A stretch of DNA of 18,419 nt from Candidatus Heimdallarchaeota archaeon. GTDB lineage: Archaea > Asgardarchaeota > Heimdallarchaeia > Hodarchaeales > Hodarchaeaceae. The notes beneath the pieces were generated by a model, which was not told the origin of the DNA, searched no databases, and saw nothing but the letters and a program-made list of their open reading frames with translations. A program made the position numbers and the translations under genes. The DNA lies in assembly GCA_019057635.1 (NCBI GenBank), contig DXJL01000037.1, positions 1 through 18,419 on the forward strand, given 5' to 3'. This document shows, one piece after another, positions 8,697 through 17,117 of this stretch. Position 1 is the stretch's first letter. Every line of letters begins with the position of its first letter.

Positions 8697-8728
8697 TTCA
8701 AAATCCCAAAAATTTCTTGGATTTTGAA
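8697..8728. promoter_or_regulatory. Inverted repeat, candidate operator upstream of the membrane protein gene
   Basis: TTCAAAATCC-N12-GGATTTTGAA, ending 25 bp before the ATG at 8754. Confidence 0.45.
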
Positions 8729-8753
8729 AGAATAAAAGTAAACTGTGATAAAA

Positions 8754-9131
8754 ATGGCTGATTTAAAATTTATAGGAAGAATATTAGGTGTCATTGGCGG
8801 TATTCTCATGGTCGTCCTTGGCATTATAGTGATCCTTAATAATGTATTAGATGAAGCAGTTTATGCTCTTGATCAATTTGGATTTGATCTAGGTATGAAC
8901 TTCGTCGGTGATGCCGTAGGTGGAGATAATGCCTGGGTATTTGCTGCTGCACTCATGATTATTTTAGGTGTCGTCGCTATTTACGGATACCAACAACTCG
9001 CTGGTAGAGGTAAAGGCGATCTCTTAGTTTGGGGAATTATTTATATCGTGGTAGGTATTCTAGGCGCTGGCCTTGGTGGACTCTTAGTCCTAATTGGTGG
9101 AATTGTTCTCCTTCTTGACAATTTTCTCTAA
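8754..9131 (+). CDS. Small Gly-rich integral membrane protein (~4 TM), unknown function
   Basis: Hydrophobic segments rich in GxxxG (GVIGGILMVVLG, GILGAGLGGLLVLIGG). ATG at 8754 preferred over GTG at 8745 because the GTGAT there resembles an RBS. Confidence 0.8.
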   Translation: MADLKFIGRILGVIGGILMVVLGIIVILNNVLDEAVYALDQFGFDLGMNFVGDAVGGDNAWVFAAALMIILGVVAIYGYQQLAGRGKGDLLVWGIIYIVVGILGAGLGGLLVLIGGIVLLLDNFL

Positions 9132-9139
9132 ATTCACCA

Positions 9140-9156
9140 TTTTTTTCTTTTTTTTT
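9140..9156 (+). terminator. Oligo-T terminator
   Basis: TTTTTTTCTTTTTTTTT starting 8 bp after the stop codon. Confidence 0.6.
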
Positions 9157-9312
9157 ATCATTATTACTTCTTTTCCTGAAATACTCTAATTCTCTGAGTT
9201 TTTCCGAGAATTAAATCCCTCATTATGATACTGGTTCCTAAAAGCTAGTCACTTTAAGGGAACCTATTCTTGTTTTAAGTGCTTATTAGCAACGTAAAAA
9301 CTATAATAAACG

Positions 9313-10158
9313 ATGATAGATATGGATATTACAAACTTATTGAAAACTGGAATGTTATTTGGAGTATTACTGGGATTATTCTACGTGATTTCACTAGTCT
9401 TCAATGTCTCACCAATGGTATTCCTTATATTTTCGGCATTATTTGTCTTCTTATCTTACTGGTTTTCAGACTCAGTGGTTCTTAAGATGACAAGAGCCAC
9501 AGTTGTTGATGAACACCAGGCACCAGCGTTATACTCACGCGTTGCACGATTAGCTCAAAGTGCTGGTATCCCCCAACCTCGTATTGCTATTGTTAAGAAT
9601 CCGACTCCTAACGCATTTGCAACTGGCCGTTCCCCTGGAAAAGCTGTTATTGCTGTTCATACAGGCCTTTTGGAGATGATGTCGTCAGATGAATTGGATG
9701 GTGTTCTGGCTCATGAGCTAAGCCACGTTAAACATTGGGATACTCTGATTCAAACAATTGCTGCCATGTTTGCAACTGCCATCATGTTTGTCTCTCGTAT
9801 GGCAATTTGGTTTAGTTTTTCTGACAGGGAGAATAATGTAAATCCTATAGCTTTGTTGATCACTTGGATAGTTGCCCCTATGGCTGCCATCATGATACAA
9901 ATGGCAATTTCGCGAAGTCGAGAATTCGCTGCGGACCATGAAGCAGCAAAAATTACTGGCAATCCCGTTGGTTTAGCAAATGCCCTGAGGAAATTAGATT
10001 CCTATTCAAAATACTCCCCTAAGCGTGGACAACCTAGCCCAAGTTTAAGCCATCTTTATATTGCTAATCCTCTCTCTTCAAAGGGCTTTGCTGGGATGTT
10101 TTCGACTCATCCCCCTGTAGCAGATAGAATTTCACGACTTGAACAGATGAGCTATTAA
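9313..10158 (+). CDS. htpX: Zinc metalloprotease HtpX (M48 family)
   Basis: N-terminal TM segments, PNAFATGR, HELSH (HExxH), ISRSREFAAD, FSTHPP. The start could be the ATG at 9322. Confidence 0.96.
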   Translation: MIDMDITNLLKTGMLFGVLLGLFYVISLVFNVSPMVFLIFSALFVFLSYWFSDSVVLKMTRATVVDEHQAPALYSRVARLAQSAGIPQPRIAIVKNPTPNAFATGRSPGKAVIAVHTGLLEMMSSDELDGVLAHELSHVKHWDTLIQTIAAMFATAIMFVSRMAIWFSFSDRENNVNPIALLITWIVAPMAAIMIQMAISRSREFAADHEAAKITGNPVGLANALRKLDSYSKYSPKRGQPSPSLSHLYIANPLSSKGFAGMFSTHPPVADRISRLEQMSY

Positions 10159-10185
10159 TATTTCGAGTTAATTACTTAGGAGGGG

Positions 10186-10200
10186 TTTTTTCTTTTCTTT
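10186..10200 (+). terminator. Oligo-T terminator candidate
   Basis: TTTTTTCTTTTCTTT downstream of htpX. Confidence 0.45.
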
Positions 10201-10333
10201 ACTATAAACCTCTTTTCAGCGTAATTTTCTTATTTGGTTTAAATATCGACTTCTTTCGTGAAATGTTAATATTTCATATTTAATTTCCCCCCGAACGATT
10301 ATTCCCTGATCTTTTAACCAAATGTGATCATTA

Positions 10334-12442
10334 ATGGATATCATATATTCAAAACAAGAGATAGCTCATCTTCCTTATCGAAATAGTCGCTTAAGTCTTG
10401 AAAAACGTGTAGAAGATTTATTAAAACGACTTACTCTTGATGAAAAGATTCGATTACTCTCTGGTCACAGAATATTCAATACGGCACCAATTAGACGCTT
10501 GGGATTAGGCCGATTACGGATGACCGATGGTCCTTTTGGAGTAGCAATGCATTCCAGTGGACTCTCAAAAAACACTCGTTTTCCTAGTACTAAGGCGTTA
10601 GCAGCTAGTTGGAATCGTGCTTTAGCAAAAAGATTCGGAGTCGCAATTGCTGAGGAAGTGCGTGCTAATGGGAGGCACATGCTTCTTGCTCCTGGAATTA
10701 ATATAGATCGAACTCCATTAAACGGTCGAACATTCGAATATTTTGGAGAAGATCCATATCTAGTTAAGGAACTAGCAATTCCATTTGTTAGAGGAGTACA
10801 GAATCAGCAGGTTGGGGCCTGTATTAAGCATTTTGTTGCTAATAATCAGGAAATATTACGTAAAACGATAAGTGTCGAGATAGATGAACGGACACTCCAT
10901 GAAATATACTTAAGAGCATTTGAGGAAGTAGTTAAAGAAGCAGAACCGTTTTCTGTGATGACCTGCTACAATAGAATCAATGGGGTTTATGGCAGTGACA
11001 ATTCTTATCTCCTCAGGGAAACTCTCTTTGATAAATGGGGTTTTGAAGGCTTTATTGTATCTGATTGGGGGGCTACGGATCATAAAGAATTGACCACAAA
11101 ATCCTGTTTGAAAGCTGGATTATCGTTGGAAATGCCGTCAGGTAAAAAGTATAAACAAAATTTACTTGAAAAAGCTCTGTCAAGTGGTGAAATTAAAGAA
11201 GATTGGATTAACGATGCTGTTAGTCGACTACTCCTAGTCGCAGGGAAAACGGGTGTCCTTGATGACCCAGAAACCTTACCGAAAGGAGTAAAAAATTCTA
11301 TTGAACATCAATCACTGTCCCGAGAAATTGCAGAGGAAGGAATGGTTCTTTTGAAGAATGAAGGAATTCTACCATTAAAGCTGGATTCTATAAATTCTAT
11401 TGCAGTTTTGGGTCCAAATATGAATAAAAAGTTCGGGAAAATACTCTATGGAGGAAGCTCGGCCGTTAAAGCTCCTTACGAAATTACTCCAATTGAAGGG
11501 ATTAAAGAATTTTGCTCTAAGGATGTGAAATTAGTTCATGATCCTTCGGAAGCAGACGTGGTTCTCCTCTTTATGGGATTGAATCATAATAAAGACGGTG
11601 GTCGGAGAGATTTTGTTTCTGGCTTCTTTAAAAAACGAAAAAATGCGTTGATATATGGTCATGATTCCGAGGGTGCTGATCGAGCTCAGCTGGAGTTACC
11701 GCAATCTCAAGTTGACCTTATTAGGGATACAGTTAAGAAAAATCCAAATACAGTTGTTATCTTGATAAATGGAAGCCCTCTAGGGATGAAAGAATGGCTT
11801 AATGATGTTCCTGCGGTCTTAGAGGCATGGTATGGCGGAATGGAATCAGGAAATGCTATTGCAAATGTTCTATTTGGAGAAATTAACCCTTCTGGGAAAC
11901 TACCCATTACTTTTCCAGAACAATTAATAGATTCACCAGCTCACAAATCTCCGAAAACTTATCCTGGAGATTTAGATGATTTAAAGGTCTATTATGAAGA
12001 AGGAATTTATGTAGGCTATCGCCATTTCGAGAAATTTGAAATAGCTCCTCTTTTTCCATTTGGCTTTGGGTTGAGTTATACCACTTTCTCGTATGCCAAC
12101 TTATCACTCAATAAAAATAAGTTACAAAGCTTAGATGATACTTTTAATCTCTATGTAGATATTACAAATACTGGAGAGCGGTTTGGAGCAGAAATCGTTC
12201 AAGTATATGCCAATAGTTTAGAATCGAGTGTGGATCGTCCTCTCAAAGAACTAGTTGGTTTTGCAAAGGTAGAATTAAATTCCAAGGAAAAGAAAACAGT
12301 GCAAATTAGCATTAGAGGTAAAGATTTAGCTTATTATGATGTCATGACACATGATTGGAAACTCGATCCAGGAACAATTCGAATTTTGGTTGGAAGTTCA
12401 TCACAAGATATTCATTTAGAAACTGAGATTCATTTTTCTTGA
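10334..12442 (+). CDS. Glycoside hydrolase family 3 beta-glucosidase-like enzyme with C-terminal Fn3-like domain, cytoplasmic
   Basis: MTDGPFGV, LLAPGINIDR..GRTFEYFGEDP, CIKHF, VSDW (nucleophile Asp), SEGADR, NPSGKLPITFP, YEEGIYVGYR, FPFGFGLSYT. No signal peptide. Confidence 0.95.
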   Translation: MDIIYSKQEIAHLPYRNSRLSLEKRVEDLLKRLTLDEKIRLLSGHRIFNTAPIRRLGLGRLRMTDGPFGVAMHSSGLSKNTRFPSTKALAASWNRALAKRFGVAIAEEVRANGRHMLLAPGINIDRTPLNGRTFEYFGEDPYLVKELAIPFVRGVQNQQVGACIKHFVANNQEILRKTISVEIDERTLHEIYLRAFEEVVKEAEPFSVMTCYNRINGVYGSDNSYLLRETLFDKWGFEGFIVSDWGATDHKELTTKSCLKAGLSLEMPSGKKYKQNLLEKALSSGEIKEDWINDAVSRLLLVAGKTGVLDDPETLPKGVKNSIEHQSLSREIAEEGMVLLKNEGILPLKLDSINSIAVLGPNMNKKFGKILYGGSSAVKAPYEITPIEGIKEFCSKDVKLVHDPSEADVVLLFMGLNHNKDGGRRDFVSGFFKKRKNALIYGHDSEGADRAQLELPQSQVDLIRDTVKKNPNTVVILINGSPLGMKEWLNDVPAVLEAWYGGMESGNAIANVLFGEINPSGKLPITFPEQLIDSPAHKSPKTYPGDLDDLKVYYEEGIYVGYRHFEKFEIAPLFPFGFGLSYTTFSYANLSLNKNKLQSLDDTFNLYVDITNTGERFGAEIVQVYANSLESSVDRPLKELVGFAKVELNSKEKKTVQISIRGKDLAYYDVMTHDWKLDPGTIRILVGSSSQDIHLETEIHFS

Positions 12443-13602
12443 TACTCTATAAATTCAAATTGAATATTTCTTTTCTCTAACTCATCAATTAATGCACTTG
12501 TTGGAACATGCTCTTCACATTTGAGTACTCCATGTATTATAATTTTTCCATGTGCGATGAATTGACCAATAATGCTTGCTGGAAATGCAGTAGTTCGTGC
12601 CATGGCTGAAAATTCTGCTTTTGTATCATAGAGATCAATTAATTGATACACATGCGTTCTTACTTGGTTATTGATCTTTCCTAATATTGTTATTCGTGCT
12701 AATACTGCATCAGGTTGATTTTGGGGAAGATTTTTGACTAAGTAGTATTCTATGACTTCTCGTGGAGAAACTCCCGGATTTAGAGGAAAATCTTCACTTG
12801 ATAATAAACCAAATTCTTTTAGAAAGGAAAAAAATTGAGCATGGCCTGGGAACCTTATTGTTTTATAGGTTAATTGTTTAATACTTCCTTCAAAGATATC
12901 GGGAAGTGAAGATATACCGCCAGAGGTATTAAATGCTTCTAATTCTCCCCATGGTTTAGGAAAGCTTATCTTTTCTATATCGGTAAGAGAGGGGATATTT
13001 TTTAGTGTACCATCCTCGATTACTTTCGCATCCTCAAGATACTCATTTGTTAATCCTCGAATTGCAAAGACCTGTTGATAATTAAGAATCGTTTTTGGTT
13101 CCTGAGGTAATCCTCCCACACGTAGATGACATTCATCTAGTGAATCGAACTTTCTCATTCCATGAGCTGCCACAATATTGACCATCCCTGGTGCGAGTCC
13201 TAAATCAGGAATAATTGTAACTTCTGCTTTTTTTGCTTCTTTGTCCATAGTTTGCTGTTTTTGAACAACTGAAGGATTTCCTCCGAGATCAACGAAGCTA
13301 CAACTAGCCTCCATGCAAATTTTAGTCAAACCAAAATTGAACTTGTAATCAACCGCACCAAAAACTACTGCAATTTCATTTTCTATTAGTACTTGTTTCA
13401 GTTTTTGTTGATTTTTTTCATTTAAATCCAAATTTTCCACATGAAACCGTTTTTCAAAGTTCCTAAGCTTGATTTTTTGTTTTTCTCTCTGTTTAGGTTC
13501 TTTATCGAATCCATAAACCTGTGATGTAGGATCATACGTTAATAAATCATAACACAAAGCTGATCCCATAAGCCCAAGACCTAAAACTGCGTAATTTGGC
13601 AT
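12430..13602 (-). CDS. Saccharopine dehydrogenase-family oxidoreductase (lysine 6-dehydrogenase-like)
   Basis: GLGLMG Rossmann motif, FVDLGG, DLGLAPG, VGGLPQ, LEAFNTSGG, YKTIRFPGH, AMARTTAFP. Confidence 0.88.
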   Translation of the reverse strand: MPNYAVLGLGLMGSALCYDLLTYDPTSQVYGFDKEPKQREKQKIKLRNFEKRFHVENLDLNEKNQQKLKQVLIENEIAVVFGAVDYKFNFGLTKICMEASCSFVDLGGNPSVVQKQQTMDKEAKKAEVTIIPDLGLAPGMVNIVAAHGMRKFDSLDECHLRVGGLPQEPKTILNYQQVFAIRGLTNEYLEDAKVIEDGTLKNIPSLTDIEKISFPKPWGELEAFNTSGGISSLPDIFEGSIKQLTYKTIRFPGHAQFFSFLKEFGLLSSEDFPLNPGVSPREVIEYYLVKNLPQNQPDAVLARITILGKINNQVRTHVYQLIDLYDTKAEFSAMARTTAFPASIIGQFIAHGKIIIHGVLKCEEHVPTSALIDELEKRNIQFEFIEYQEK

Positions 13603-13721
13603 GTGTAAGTCAAAGAAGATTTAGTATTTTAGGATGCTACCTGTCATAAAAACCTAGTCTATGCACTATGTGAAGTAGAATCATGAAAAAAAGGATTAAA
13701 GGAAGTTTTCATGCTTATAGA

Positions 13722-14052
13722 ATGAGAAAAAAGGGCGAGATTTTTTTCTGCCATTGACACACAGATCTGGATAGATCTAGGTGACTGTATTATCTTTAAA
13801 CATGATAATTTTTTATTCAGATTTTGTAAAAGAAATAAAATTAGTAAAGACGGGTTATTAAAATTTTTTTACAAGACTAAACAAGATGTCGATGACTTAT
13901 ATCAAAGACTACAACAATGGACGGTATCTAAACCCGCTGAGAATGAAAAATATAATATTTACAACTTCTTTGCGACTGATCCCGAAGGGCGGGATTTGGA
14001 ATTTCAGACCTTTCTTCACGAAATTGACTTTAGCTGGGAAAACTATAGATAA
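13722..14052 (+). pseudogene. VOC / glyoxalase-bleomycin-resistance family pseudogene with disrupted 5' end
   Basis: Frame 1 is open from 13726 to 14052 with no usable start: ...IWIDLGDCIIFKHDNFLFRFC...FFYKTKQDVDDLYQRL...PAENEKYNIYNFFATDPEGRDLEFQTF. The ATG at 13722 (MRKKGEIFFCH*) is in another frame. Confidence 0.75.
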
Positions 14053-14098
14053 TAATTATTATATCGATCTTAGTTGTTGAAAAGGAGACTTTCTGAAG

Positions 14099-14743
14099 AT
14101 GGATGCAGAAGAAATCTATAAAGAAATGGCTGATTCCATTGTGAACCTTGATCAAGAAAAGGCACTGAAATTGGCAAATCAAGCATTGAATGAAGAAATG
14201 GATCTTTTGAAAGTGATCGAGAAAGGATTTGGGGAAGGCATTCGTAAAGTAGGGGATCTTTGGGACGATGGAGAATTCTTTCTTCCAGAATTAATGTCTG
14301 GAGCACAGATCATGGAAAAAGCGGTGGATGTTCTTACGCCAAAGCTGCAATCATCTGGATCAGAACGTCAATCATCAGGTAAAGTTCTCTTAGCTACAAT
14401 TGAAGGTGATATTCACTCCATTGGAAAAACTATTGTCGCCACTATGCTTCGAGCTAATGGATTTCAAGTTATTGACTTAGGCACCGATGTGAAAGCAGAA
14501 AAAATCGTTAATGTGGCAATCAATGCGAACGTAGATATCATTGGAGTTTCAACTCTGTTAACCACGACAATGTTAAATCAGAAAAAAGTAATCGAGATCT
14601 TAGAACAGAAAAATATTAGAAATAACTTCAAAGTGATATTTGGGGGTGCCCCTGTGACACAGGGTTGGGTAGACGAATGCCATGCTGATGGTTACGCAGA
14701 GAATGCAGTTGAATCTGTAAAATTAGCAAAAAGTTTGATGTAA
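14099..14743 (+). CDS. Corrinoid (B12-binding) protein, MttC/MtbC-like
   Basis: Cap domain (G..KVGDLWDDGEFFLPEL), EGDIHSIGK (DxHxxG), GVSTLLTTTM, FGGAPV. AAGGAG upstream. Confidence 0.95.
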   Translation: MDAEEIYKEMADSIVNLDQEKALKLANQALNEEMDLLKVIEKGFGEGIRKVGDLWDDGEFFLPELMSGAQIMEKAVDVLTPKLQSSGSERQSSGKVLLATIEGDIHSIGKTIVATMLRANGFQVIDLGTDVKAEKIVNVAINANVDIIGVSTLLTTTMLNQKKVIEILEQKNIRNNFKVIFGGAPVTQGWVDECHADGYAENAVESVKLAKSLM

Positions 14744-14778
14744 TCTGTGGTTATATGTTAGAATAAAGTGAGTTACTG

Positions 14779-15663
14779 ATGTCTTTCACACAATGGCTAG
14801 GTAATGAATCAAAGATTATTTTATTCGATGGAGCAATGGGTACACAATTAATGCAGCATAATTTAGATCCTGGTAAAATACCTGATTTGTTAAATATTGA
14901 AAACCCAGAAATTGTCAAGAATGTGTTAGCTAGTTATTATGATTCTGGTGCAGATATGGTTCAAACGTGTACTTTTAGTTCAAATTTAGTAAATTTAGAG
15001 AGACAGCATTTAAGTAATAGGTTACAGAAGATTAATCTTGAGGCACTAAGAAATATTAAAGATATTAAACCCTCAAGTGGAAAATTAATTGTGGGAGATA
15101 TAGGTCCATCTGGTGAGTTTAGGCCACCAGTTGGAGAAGCATCAGGGGATCAATGGAAAAATGGATTTCAACAACAAGCTGAAGTATTGGAGGCAGGCGT
15201 TGATTTGTGGCATATTGAGACGATGTCAGATCTTCAGGAAATGTCCGCCGCAATTCACGCAATAAAAGAAGTATCTCAGAAACCTATCATAGCCTCGATG
15301 ACGTACCGTAAAACAAAAACAAGGGGTTTTTTCACAATCATGGGAGATTCTTTAGAAACCTGTGTGAATACTCTGGAAAAGGAGAATGTTGACGTAATCG
15401 GTGCAAATTGCACCTTGGGCTCGGATCAAATGATAGAGCTTGCCAAAGAATTGGTGCAAATGACTGATAAACCAGTCTCTGTCAAACCCAATGCTGGACA
15501 ACCACGGTTAGAGGGAGGAAATACTGTTTATAATCAATCACCTGATGAGTTTGTGAATGATATAGAACAGATGATTAATCTTGGAGTGAAAATTGTGGGA
15601 GGTTGTTGTGGTACCACTCCAATTCATATTCAAAAGATGAGAATGTTAATTGACAATCGCTAG
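14779..15663 (+). CDS. Homocysteine S-methyltransferase family protein (stand-alone MetH Hcy-binding domain)
   Basis: FDGAMGTQL, GDIGPSG, IETMSD, GANC and GGCCGT (three Zn-ligand Cys), KPNAGQP. Confidence 0.94.
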   Translation: MSFTQWLGNESKIILFDGAMGTQLMQHNLDPGKIPDLLNIENPEIVKNVLASYYDSGADMVQTCTFSSNLVNLERQHLSNRLQKINLEALRNIKDIKPSSGKLIVGDIGPSGEFRPPVGEASGDQWKNGFQQQAEVLEAGVDLWHIETMSDLQEMSAAIHAIKEVSQKPIIASMTYRKTKTRGFFTIMGDSLETCVNTLEKENVDVIGANCTLGSDQMIELAKELVQMTDKPVSVKPNAGQPRLEGGNTVYNQSPDEFVNDIEQMINLGVKIVGGCCGTTPIHIQKMRMLIDNR

Positions 15664-15674
15664 GACGTGTATAA

Positions 15675-17099
15675 ATGGGAATATTAAGACCTAAAGTAGC
15701 ATTACTTAATGATGAATACAAGAAGAAAATTTTTGAGGAAGCCAAGCATATTCTTGAATCGCTAGGTGTTTTATTTGAAAATACTGATGCAGAAGCTCTT
15801 CTCAAGGAACAGGGAGTGCCTAATGATAACCATCGGTATTATATTCCCTCTGATTTAGTAGATAAGTGTCTTACCTCCCCACCTCATGAAATTACAATGT
15901 ATGATCGTGAAGGTAACGTTCATCTATCCCTCAAAGATGATAACATTCATTTTGACCCTGGATCTGCAGCTATATTCATTCTTGATGAAAACAGTGGACA
16001 AATAAGAGAACCTCTCCATCAAGATTTCATTCGTTTTACCAAAATTGTTGATCAATTATCAAATATTGATGCTCAGAGTACATCACTAGTATATTCTGAT
16101 GTCCCTAAAACTGCCCAAGATTGGCATCGTCTATATACGACTCTTAAATACGGTCACAAGCCCATTGTTACCGGCACGTTTCGCAAGGAGAGTTTTTCAA
16201 TAATGAATGAATTATTATTGACGTGTCGCACATCTGAAAAAGATTTAGCAGCTAAACCTCTTGCAATTTTTGATGCTTGTCCCTCACCACCACTTTCCTG
16301 GTCAGATCTAACAACACAGTCTGTTATTGACGCCGCTGAGAGAATGATACCCTCTGAATTTATCAGTATGCCAATGTCAGGAGCCAATGCACCAATAACA
16401 TTGATTGGTTCAATTACCCAACATTGTGCTGAATCACTAGCTGGAGTTGTAATTTCTCAATTAGCTAAAAAAGGAGCTCCAATTATTTGGGGAGGTTCCC
16501 CTGCGATAATGGACATGAAACATGGTACTACACCAATGGGAGCAATTGAAACAATGATGATTGACATTGGGGATGCTGAAATGGGTAAATATCTAAATTT
16601 GCCAACGCATGCCTATATGAGTCTGAGTGATGCCAAGATTCCTGATGCACAAGCTGGTTTAGAGGCTGGGATGGGTGCATTGTTAGCTGGATTAACCGGT
16701 ATTAACATGATTTCTGGTCCTGGAATGCTTGATTTTGAATCCTGTCAATCAATTGAAAAATTATTAATTGATAATGAGATCGCAGGTATGGTTAAACGAT
16801 TTCTTAAAGGTATACATGATTATGGGTCTCCCTTTGCTGAAGAAATACTAAAAGATTATGATAAAACCAATGAATTGTTGTCTCATCCATCAACCCTTCA
16901 ACTTTTCCGTAAAGAGCTATATTTACCTAGTCCTATCATTGCAAGGATGACTCGCGATGAATGGAAAAAAGCAGGTTCCCGTTCCTCCAGACAGAGAGCC
17001 AAAGAAGAAATTGAAGGACTTTTAGCTAAAGGCCCACCAAAAGCTCTGGATAGTTTAAAATCAACTGAATTGGATAAAATCTCCTCTAAATATTTATGA
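15675..17099 (+). CDS. mttB: Trimethylamine methyltransferase (MttB) superfamily, non-pyrrolysine member
   Basis: SPPL, MSGANAPITLIGSITQHCAESLAG, GAPIIWGG, MDMKHG..MGAIE, SDAKIPDAQAGLE, GPGMLD, EKLLIDNEI. No internal TAG. Confidence 0.93.
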   Translation: MGILRPKVALLNDEYKKKIFEEAKHILESLGVLFENTDAEALLKEQGVPNDNHRYYIPSDLVDKCLTSPPHEITMYDREGNVHLSLKDDNIHFDPGSAAIFILDENSGQIREPLHQDFIRFTKIVDQLSNIDAQSTSLVYSDVPKTAQDWHRLYTTLKYGHKPIVTGTFRKESFSIMNELLLTCRTSEKDLAAKPLAIFDACPSPPLSWSDLTTQSVIDAAERMIPSEFISMPMSGANAPITLIGSITQHCAESLAGVVISQLAKKGAPIIWGGSPAIMDMKHGTTPMGAIETMMIDIGDAEMGKYLNLPTHAYMSLSDAKIPDAQAGLEAGMGALLAGLTGINMISGPGMLDFESCQSIEKLLIDNEIAGMVKRFLKGIHDYGSPFAEEILKDYDKTNELLSHPSTLQLFRKELYLPSPIIARMTRDEWKKAGSRSSRQRAKEEIEGLLAKGPPKALDSLKSTELDKISSKYL

Positions 17100-17117
17100 T
17101 CATGATAAAAGAATTTT

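Noticed and set aside
12430-12442. 13-bp overlap of convergent GH3 and dehydrogenase genes
   Set aside because: Short 3' overlaps are common in compact genomes and both proteins look complete.
13886-14080. 64-aa ORF from the track
   Set aside because: It is a shadow frame. The overlapping frame 1 carries a recognisable VOC-family sequence.
715-16387. Short overlapping ORFs in the track (e.g. 715-912, 1085-1354, 1190-1399, 1982-2173, 2019-2228, 3232-3429, 4350-4565, 4659-4874, 5565-5801, 6183-6458, 6455-6673, 6922-7155, 8636-8824, 9279-9485, 9718-9962, 10465-10680, 11707-12107, 14070-14306, 15575-15805, 16154-16387)
   Set aside because: They are antisense or alternate-frame shadows of well-supported genes and have no recognisable motifs.
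15675-17099. Pyrrolysine (amber) recoding
   Set aside because: The ORF is uninterrupted and the Pyl-equivalent codon is CTG.
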